This document shows positions 51,601 through 60,700 of a stretch of DNA of 64,000 nt, one piece after another. This stretch comes from Amoebophrya sp. A120. Taxonomy: Eukaryota; Protista; Dinoflagellata. The stretch covers positions 6,435,207 to 6,499,206 of the forward strand of contig CAJINV010000005.1 of assembly GCA_905178155.1 (NCBI GenBank), in the 5' to 3' direction. The position numbers and the translations under genes were made by a program. Numbering within the stretch: position 1 is the stretch's first letter; every line of letters begins with the position of its first letter. The notes under the pieces were generated by a model. The model worked only from the letters and a program-made list of their open reading frames with translations. It did no database searches and was not told where the DNA came from.

Positions 51601-54600
51601 GTTGGAGTTTCTGCATCACAAATTTTCTCTGTATAGCAGAGAAAACTTGTAATGCGAAGATCATAAGGGAAAACAGGAAGGAAACGAGGCCCCCAAGCAT
51701 TTCCTGCATGAGAGAGGTTGTCTGTGTTGCCGGTCTTGCATAGACTATGTGTGTAACTGTAACACTTTTTTCTTGCGATAGAGGGGGCGTTGTCCTTACT
51801 GCTATCCTGCTGCTGGCTGCTGCTCTTCTTCAAGTCTGTGATCTGGGTACTATTAACCGCAGTGCCCCCAGCACTCGGCGCTTTATTTCCTTGTTGTAGC
51901 TGTTTGCTCTGAGCACCGGGCAGCTTCGTAACGCCGCCCTTACCCGCCAGTGGCGACCCGCTGCTATTGGAAGAAAAAAACGAGCTGGTAAACTGGGGGT
52001 AATTTTCCCGCCACTTCGAGGTCAGCATGGGTGTGCAGCGGTTGGCCAGGGCCGAGGGACACCGCATCCACCATTTGTCCACCCGGTACTGCTCCACTTC
52101 GGGCGCATCGTAGTGCTCCAGAACGCGGTAAAACGTGGTAACCCCGGGGTAAATCTGTTTCCGCGGGTACCTCTTGTCCACGCCCGCGATGTGGTTGCCG
52201 CCGGAACAGTAGAGCGTATCGTCGATATCGGTCAAGATCTTCAGCCACTGGTGTCTGGCAGAGAGCCCCTGAAAGGTCGGGGACATGTTCAGAAACCCGG
52301 CCAGGTCCAGGTCGGCGCCCAGGTAGTGCTGCGCATCCTCGCCGATGGAAGAGAGAGAGGGGGGTTGGGAAATGAGGGTGCTGTTGTTCGCGGCAGTTGT
52401 TGGCGGTGCTCCAGGTAGTTGTAAACCTCCCGGGTGGCCTTGCATACCACCAGTAGACGAATTGTTCATCATCGGTGGGTTTAACCCGCCTGCGAGCTTT
52501 CTTTTCAGAACACTATCGGTGGAAGAAGATGGTGGTCCCACATTTGTTCCTGTTGCGCTGATAGTGTTGTTCCCGATAGAGGTAGTGGTCCCAATTGTGC
52601 CACTCCCGATTTGGTCGTGCGGCTCCGAGGTGCTACCCGACGTAATGTCGTTGTGTTTCGAGGTTCCGGACGCGTTGTGAATTGTCGACGTTGTGCTCGC
52701 ATCGCTATCCGGTTCCCGATCGTGCAAAAAGGAAGTTGGCCCGCCGGGGGCACCGCCAAGCTGCACCTGCTGGTGGTAGCCAAACTTCATCTTGTTCATG
52801 CCCAGAGTTGTTGTGCTGTTTGGATGTTGGTGGTGGAAGGGGGAACGAAGCTTGTGATTCCCCACAGAGCCAATATAACTTGCTCAGGTGTTACAATCTC
52901 AAGCGTTGCAATAGAATATGGAAATCTGTGATGCAGGAAGTGCATGATCACCGTAGTCCCAGCATCGGTTTGCGCATGACAAGTTGCGGCACCCAGAACC
53001 CCATAAATATCCGGCGAAATTTGTATTGCGAAAGGCGCAACTCTACACACGTTCCTCATGCTCTTCATGTAAGACAAAATCCAGACTCTATTGTAACGTT
53101 TGAGATTGTAACGGTTCAGCAGGTCATAGCCAAAAGCCGGACCATTTTGCTGGTCTGAGGACAGAATCCCGTCCTCCGATGGCGTTCGGGATCTCGTCGG
53201 GGTCTGCATCCGGAAATTAGAGGCACCTCCAGCAGTAGAAGACACTATACCCCCCCGGTTCAGCATGGATTGCGGATTCGTCATTAGCGTGGATTTATCA
53301 AATGCAAAAATGTCTGTGTCTGGAAGAATGCAAGTTTGTCATGCTTGTCTGGCATGACTCGAGAATCTGTTATGTTGCAGAGGCACGAAAAGGCCCTCTT
53401 ACCTGTCACGCAAAGACGCAGTTTGCCATGCGGAATACGTAAGACATGCCAGCCAAAAAATTTGTTATGCATAGCTGCGTAATATTGCAGTACGTCTATC
53501 ATTCACTTTTAGCATTACAAGTTTCCAGACCCAGACATATTTGCATTTGATACGATTGGAATTGCGGTGAAAATTCCTGCAAAGCGTGGTTTGAACTCTC
53601 CTTTTTGTTCAGTAAATACCTCAAATGGAGATCCCGGCCGATCAAGCGGGTGTAAACCTGCAACGTGGCTTATGACAGTGCACAACTCCTCCCTCCCCCT
53701 CATTTGTCATGCAAAAACCCAAATCCAGTTGCTACCTTGTGGCACCGCGTGCATGACAAATTCCGGAAATCCAAACAGTGCTACAGTTGGCGCATGAACT
53801 TGTCGTGCACAGGGTCCACCTGCACTGGTGTTTGTAATGCTGTTGATACCATGCAAATGAGAGGGAGGGGGAGTTGTGCACTGTCATATCGCCTGCTGAA
53901 GTATGTGCTTCTGGACTTGATTCCGTTTCCCGTAGCTCAAGTCGGAAAAAACCAGTTTCCAAAACCCGTGTACCGAGCCTTTGGAATCGGTCATGGATTT
54001 CAAATTCGTCAAGTCGTCTCCCAGTGTGTTCAACACAATCCGGGTGACCGCCTCCTCGGCTTCGGGCGAGCAGGAAAATTTCAAAACCTGCAGTGCGTTG
54101 ATGATGAGAACTCTCGATCTGACCGTCAGTTCGTCGACCGCGTCGAAGCAGAGAAATTTTATCAGCTGCGTCCTGGACCCACCGGTGTTGCTGCCCCTAG
54201 AAGTAGATCCACTCATGGCCGTCTGGTGTTTCTGCCCGAAACTCCCGCTGACCACACTGCTATGTCCAGGATGATGATGAACCCCGACGATGCTTGGCAC
54301 GACGGAATACCGCTTGTTGTTGTTTTCCTTCGCAGTATAGAACCAGGAGAAAATGTTGAAAAAGCTAGGAACAGAGAAGTTCATGCTGGTATCGTCGTGC
54401 AACCGGTCCAACAGAATTATCAAATGCAAATATGTCTGGGTCTGGGAGAGTGTAAACTTGGCATGCAGATTTTTCATGGCCCATGAGGTCTGAAGTGCGG
54501 GACTTAGCATGACAGACTCTGCGAGGTCTCTGCCATGCCTATCCTGCATGAGAAACTCCTCCCCAACTTGGTCGAAAGTGGACAGCTTTTGGCACTCATG

Positions 54601-56442
54601 CAACACAGATTTTTACATGCTTCAGATTTACCATGACAAGTTACCACCTTCCAGACCGAGACATTTTCGCATTTGATAAAAATCTCCAAGTCGCAATTTT
54701 GCACCAAGGCGTTGAAGGTATCCCCCTTTCCCAGTAGCAATTTCTCGTGTTCGTCCACAAAAATCTGCCGGATCTTGTTTTCCTGCTCGCGCTTCTTGTC
54801 CTTTCGGGAAGAGGGGAGAAACGGCGCGATCAGCTTATCAGATAGAAAGAACGACGCGAAGTAGCTCACCTTGCTACTTTTGAAATAGTCCCGCTCGGTC
54901 AATAACCGTTGGATTTCCGCGGTGAGATTTTTCACTTCCTGCGACGGCGTCGCGAGCCGGGTCGACCGGATCGACTGCGCGTGTTTTAACAGGCTGCTTT
55001 CCCGCATGATCGAGGCATAGGAGAAAACGATGATAGGGATCAGGAGCAGCATGAACAGGACAATCGCCGGATGATTCAGCATGGAATCCGAATTAATCGG
55101 CGAGTCCGGCGGCACGAAGAAGGTTACCTGGATTATCCACAATGATGTTCACAATCACAACACTGACTACGCGTGTATCAAAGAGTTTTGGTAGTTTCTT
55201 CCGTTGGGAATGACATGAATGTTCGCTCTATTGCATGACAGAATCAACCTTCAACTGATCATCATGATGTTTCTACTTCAATACTCATACATAGATACCA
55301 GTATTATGTATGCACTGCAAAAGTATCGCACTCGTAGTATTGCAATACAAATTAGCTCAGCATGACAAATGGAATTTGTCATGCTGATATAGCTTGAAAA
55401 AGAAATTTGTAATGCATAACTGCAACTCGTACGAGTACGATACTTTTGCAGTGCATATCATGACGCCGAGTGCAATCTGCGGTCCCTCGTCCAGTGTCGA
55501 CCGAAAGTCCTTCATGGACAGCAACGCCCGTCTTAGAAACCGCAAGAAATGCCGCCGCTTTTTGTTCCGGGAGTCTTCCATCTGCCGCGCTACAATCGCG
55601 ATCGTGGTCTCCTCGGCGAACAGGTAAATTAACCCCATGAGCAACGTCGCGAGTAAGAAACTGGTGAAGAGCGTCATGTAGATAAACCCGAGCGTGATGA
55701 AGATCGAAATGCTCGCGAAGAAACAGAACACGAAAACCCGCACCGCCGACAACGCCCTCGCGGTCCCGTGGTGCTGCCACTTCTGGATGTTCTCCACAGA
55801 ACTCTGCCAGGCCGCCGTGGCGGCGTTGCGGGAGAAGGACGAGGAGGAGGAGGAGTTTTTAGCTGATGATGTTCCCTGATCACTTGTCGTCGACTTCGCC
55901 GAAGCGTGAGACCCTGTGCTCTCCAAAGAATCGCGGATATTGGCATTCTTATTGCCCCCGGTCTTCTTCTTTTTCGACGTTGAGGATTTATTGTTTGCGC
56001 TCTTGCCTGTCGTGGTAGTACGACTTGTAGTTCCCCCGACCGCGCCATCGTGATCGGCGGTTTTAGAAGTGCTCGCCGCGGCGCTATGGTCCTTTGTAGC
56101 TGTTCCTGTTCCAACACCTCCCAGTCCCGCATTCTTGTCCCGGTAGTTGTTCCTCTCCTTATTACTCGACCTGATCCCTGTCCTCTCCTTCGTGGCAGAT
56201 GCAGCGAGCCGCGTCTTCTTCGGGACTAGACCTCCATCCATAATATGCTCGCCGACTGTCCCAGTTGCACCACCTGCTTCGTTGCTCATGCCGGAGCTTC
56301 TAGTTCCACTTGGGTCCGACTGCCGTCGGGTCCGCATATTCACGACCGGCATGGTCATCCCGATACCACCAGGATCGGGACCTCCCGGGCCTCCTCCTGC
56401 GCCCCGGTTGGACGAGGACATTTGTTCAGCAGAAAAGACCAC
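45648..56442 (-). CDS. App1-like (HAD superfamily) phosphatidate phosphatase domain protein with N-terminal TM helices, ~2,250 aa; 13 introners + 2 GT-AG introns
   Basis: Motifs LTDIDDT, FSARP, KFANFVEYQSLYPEFKFI|FIGDNGQAD, VYIH; 10,795 - 4,030 = 6,765 bp = 2,255 codons. Confidence 0.8.
45746..45908. mobile_element. Introner family B
   Basis: TIRs; DR CCGCG/CCCCG. Confidence 0.9.
46217..46387. mobile_element. Introner family F
   Basis: TIRs; DR CAGGG/CAGGG. Confidence 0.9.
46655..46810. mobile_element. Introner family B
   Basis: TIRs; DR GAGTT/GAGTT. Confidence 0.9.
46936..47260. mobile_element. Introner family D
   Basis: TIRs; DR CGCGT/CGCGT, extendable to 18 bp. Confidence 0.9.
48523..49298 (-). 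other. Canonical GT-AG intron (776 bp) containing a ~250-bp tandem duplication
   Basis: ATG|GTATAG...TCTCTCAG|CTC gives GDNGQADYYTATKM|LDECPEVIECVYIH. Confidence 0.75.
49351..49607. mobile_element. Introner family A
   Basis: TIRs; DR AGATG/AGATG; similar to 9682-9930. Confidence 0.92.
49891..50211. mobile_element. Introner family D
   Basis: TIRs; DR TGCTT/TGCTT. Confidence 0.92.
51250..51520. mobile_element. Introner family A
   Basis: TIRs; DR TGGAC/TGGAC. Confidence 0.92.
51567..51780. mobile_element. Introner family G
   Basis: TIRs; DR GAGGG/GAGGG. Confidence 0.92.
52874..53128. mobile_element. Introner family L (long ~45-bp TIR)
   Basis: TIRs; DR GCCAA/GCCAA. Confidence 0.9.
53296..53552. 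mobile_element. Introner family A, inverted near-copy of 22396-22646
   Basis: TIRs; DR GGATT/CGATT. Confidence 0.92.
53671..53888. mobile_element. Introner family C
   Basis: TIRs; DR TGGCT/TCGCC; frame restored. Confidence 0.88.
54418..54678. mobile_element. Introner family A
   Basis: TIRs; DR AGAAT/AAAAT. Confidence 0.9.
55128..55298 (-). other. Probable canonical GT-AG intron (171 bp)
   Basis: CTG|GTATCT...ATCCAG|GTA joins GVMIL|VTFFVPP in frame. Confidence 0.6.
55309..55457. mobile_element. Introner family B
   Basis: TIRs; DR TTATG/TCATG. Confidence 0.9.
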
Positions 56443-57742
56443 AAATTTCTACATTTTCACTGTCGAAAAGTACGTACACACACGCTCTGTGCAACAACAA
56501 GATTTGCGGTCGGATGACAAACCTGTGTTGCACAGAGCCAGGCGGTTTTAGTCGTACAAAATGAGGACCTGTTGTGCTTTTGCAGTTGTAGTTCGTGATC
56601 TTTGTTTTTTTTTCAACTATCTTTGGGAAAACTTCTCACACAATAATACGACTTTGGGTAAAAAGTACAGCGATGTTATGGGTAGCCGAACTTTGTCACG
56701 GGGTAGATACTTTTGAGGGTATTATGGCTTTTCAGTAGAAGGTTCTGAATTCACTGCAAAAAAGTGAAGTCGTGAGAACGAATTGAAGTAAGGACCACAA
56801 GGCCGGGGCACAACAGGAGCTGAAGCCGGTGTCACCCGAAGCTTTTTTACCAGGACAGAATGGTGTCTCCGATAATTTTCTCCGTGCTTTGATATCTCAG
56901 ATCCTTTTTTGGGGAACGAACAATTTTTTCTTCTGTTTTTATAATCAAACACTGCGCAGAGGCTATCCATTCCAGCGCCGGTGGACACGCGCCTCCTCTT
57001 GGCAGAAGCTCATATTGTCCTCAATGGATTAAGGAGTTGCGCACTAGGGACTGAAAATACCGAATTGGTACTGCCAAAAGTGGCAGTACTATACTTACTA
57101 TCTGTATTGTGCTTATTGCTTATTGTCAAAATCTGAAAAAATTCGTGAAAATCTGCAACTGGAAAAGCTGTCCAGATGAAAAGTGCTCACCGATATTAAG
57201 AAAGACAATTGCTAGACGTGGTCGAGCCTAGCCACTACAGTAGTGGTGGAGGAACACAATTACTCACTTCCACCGAAAAAGCCCAGCGTTCAAACTGTTT
57301 CCGTCGTGTCGTGCATCCGCAAGTTATATTTCCGCTTCAGCCCTACAGCCGAAATCGCACTTAGTGTACAGATATGAATTTTTCAACATCGTCCCTCGCG
57401 GCATCAAAGGGATTGTTGTCACAGTAAAGGTTTTTACAGCAAAAAGCGTTTTTCACGGGCCCGAATCCTAATGTTCTTCTTATCTTACATTCCTAGAGTG
57501 CTCAAATCTGCATCTTTATTGCAATGTCAATCCTACAAATGGTCTTATTTTCTGGGAAACTTATTTGCCGAACCTAATTTTGACGTCGAAGTTCCGGTGT
57601 TCTGTAGTTAAGAACCTGATGTAAAAATCTAGCTGCTAATTTTGACAAAGCAAAGCTGATATCATGGTTTGCATCATTTTCGCACACAGCTGCACGGCCG
57701 GACACGACACGAAGTCCGCTTAAAAATATTCTCCTTCCTTTA

Positions 57743-60700
57743 CTAACTCCTCTTTCCCTGTGGCGACTGCACGGCGAAGAGCCCGCTGCTCTTACTCGTC
57801 CCGTTTCCGCTCGTACTCGCCAAAGCAGAACCTCCGCCAGCTTGCTGCTCTTTCAGCAACAGATTCTTGTTTTTCTTGCGGGTTTTCCGCTCGCGGCTGG
57901 GGAGCGGTATCACAAAGTCAGAAAGTGGTGTCTGGCTGTCTTGTATTATATACTGCATGACAACTTTCCTCAGCATGAGAAATGGAATTTGCAATGCCGA
58001 TTTACCTCGAGAAAGAAATTTGTAGTGCATGACTCCGATTACACCCTTTTTTCTCTTGATACGCTCCACGAAGTCTTGGTCCATATTCGACTGCAGGAAA
58101 TCCATCATCTGATGTAGTTTTGATGTTTTTTTCACATTCGCATTCATTTCCGCATGACAGAGTGCGGTGAGTATGCCTCCCACGCATGACAAAATCCCAC
58201 AAAACGCGACAACTTCGTCTTCGTCATTGCTCATGAACGATGCGCATGACAAACAGCATCGCGCGCAATAGTTTTGAGCCATTTCGGGCCGCCGACCGGT
58301 GAGCAGACAGGAGTCGGTGGCCTGGCTCTGCTGCGGGCGCACGGGCGAACCGCGTACCAACGGCAGCAGACCAAGGCTGCCAAGCCTGCGCTGCACCTGA
58401 CTTCTCAAGGCAACGCCCGGTCTACTATACGAAAACATCGACCGCCCTAGGTCGCCAGAATAGGGGTCGCTAAAAACACAAATTCGGGCAAATCCCAGAA
58501 GCAACAACTTCTGTACTACCCAAGGTCGACATGCATGAGCCTTTGACTACCTAAGTAACCCGTAGGCGAAATAGTTTTTAGCCGTTTCGGGCCCCCGGCC
58601 GGCCAGGAGGGATGGGAGTCGCCGTGGAACAGCGCCTTCACATTCATTCCCGCATGACAAAGTGCCGTGAGTATGCCTCTCACGCATGACAAAATCCCCG
58701 TCTTCGTCATTGCTCATGCACGATGCGCATGACAAACAAAACCCACGCCAATAGTTTTTAGCCGTTTCGGGCCCCCGGCCGGCCAGGAGGGATGGGAGTC
58801 GCCATGGAACAGCGCCTGCGACGCGAGCACTGCTTGCGCCCCGGCCTAAGATAAAGATCAGCGCGAATCCCGGGTAGCCAGAATAGGGCTCGCTAAACAC
58901 TGCATTCGGGGAAAAATGTTGGAACCATGTCCGACCACAACACAACTTTGTCATGCAACTACACACTGAAAAAACATGTTATTTTCATCATGACTAGCCA
59001 AAAATGAAAAATCCTGATTTTAATACGTCTTGCTCGTTTCGGATGTGCGATTGGGGCTGCTGCGCCGCTACGGCAGGTGTCCTCATTGTTGGATTCTGCA
59101 TTATATTCTGTTCCGCCAGACCTCCGCCTTGGACGGCTGCGAACCTGTTCTCCGTGGCCCTCGAAGTAGTTCCAGTAGTTGCACTATCTCCTGCAGGTCG
59201 TGGTGGTCCACCTCCACGCTGCGCGGCAAATTGTTCTTCGGTATTGCTGCTATTATCGCCATAATTTGCATTCCCATCTTCAAACGAAGACGACAGCGTC
59301 GCCGGATCCTGATCGGTCTCCACCCCGACCAGATCTCCCTCCATTTCTCCGAAGGTAGTGTTACTGTGACCACCGGGAAACAGCTCGATAAATCCGTTGT
59401 CGTTCATAACCGCTGGGTATGACAGTGCACTACAACTCCCCCTCGCCCTCATTTGTAATGCAAGATCCGAAATCCAGTTGCTGCCTTGTAGCACTCTTTG
59501 CATGACAAATTCTGGAAGCCCAAACAGTATTACAGTCGGAGCGTGATTTTGTCATGCTCAGTCTGCACGTATCTTGGTGTTTGTATTGCTGTTCATGACA
59601 AACAAATGAGGGGAGGGGGAGTTGTGCAATCTCGTACTGGGAACACATTACTCTCCCCGGTGAAGTTGTCCTCCTCCCCCGGTCCGACTCCGATCACTTC
59701 CGACTCCAATAAATTCGCGCTTGCATTAATCGCCTCGTGCCGTTCGTCCTGCGACCGAACCGAGATCGCTGTGCCGGCCCGGCTGGTGGAGAAGGGAATG
59801 TTGGAAAACAATCCGTTGTAACTCCCATTCACATAATTCGAGTTTGTCCAATTGGAATACTGTGTGGACGAAGGGCTGTTGCTCGACGTCCACATCCGGG
59901 CCTGTTTCCGTTATCCTGGGTAAAAACGTACCCACGACACCGTAGCTGTCATGCAAATCTGCATGCTCAGAATGTTTCTCATGCGGAGCCGCATGAGGAG
60001 CGTTTTCTAGTCGTTTTTCGGAATTTGTTATGCTTCGGCCAGGATCAATAAGCTAGGGCTGTGACGCTGCTGAACTAGCTTAACAGGACTACACCACGAA
60101 GCCAAACTTGTCATGCGCAACAGCCAAAGCTTGCTGATTTGTCTTGCAGATTTCCCAACCTGACTATGGTTGCAGTGGGGACGTTTTTACATATGATATC
60201 CGTTTCCAAATGTTCTGCTCCGACTCCGACATCAAGTCTGGGTTCACCTGCTTCACCGGACTCTGCCGCTCTTGTAGCTGTATCGCGGAAATCTGCACCA
60301 GGGATTTCTTCTTTTTCTTTTTCGGCGACTGGTTGTGCTGTTCCTGCAGTTGTATGAATTGCAAAAGTATCGCAGTAGTAGTAAAATTGCATTACAAATT
60401 TTACCTCAGCATGATGACAAATGGAATTTGTCATGCTGTTTTACCTTGGGATGGAGATTTGTAATGCATATATTGCAATTATTACAAGTACGATACTTTT
60501 GGTGCACTGGATAAGTTGCAGCTTCTGCAGCGCGTTCAACGCCTGTTGCTCCGTGATCGGGACGCTGTTCGGGTCGTTGTACGCGTGGCTCGAATTCGTG
60601 TTTGTCGTTCTCGGCGAGTACCGATGATCCCTGGTGTTTTGATTTTGTTCCTGCTGTCTCTGCAACGTCGTTATCCCCGCCTGTTGCACGATCGGCGGGA

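Noticed and set aside
828-60513. Recurrent peptides in the ORF track (MSGSG, KYVWVW, QTQTFLHLI, PDPDIFA, KSIVLV) as a repeat-protein family
   Set aside because: They are translations of introner TIRs in different frames
828-60513. Ciliate-style DNA elimination (TA-bounded IES) as the explanation
   Set aside because: Cannot be excluded from sequence alone, but the retained repeat is a variable 5-mer rather than TA and RNA-level removal fits reported introners; genomic reads showing empty sites would reopen it
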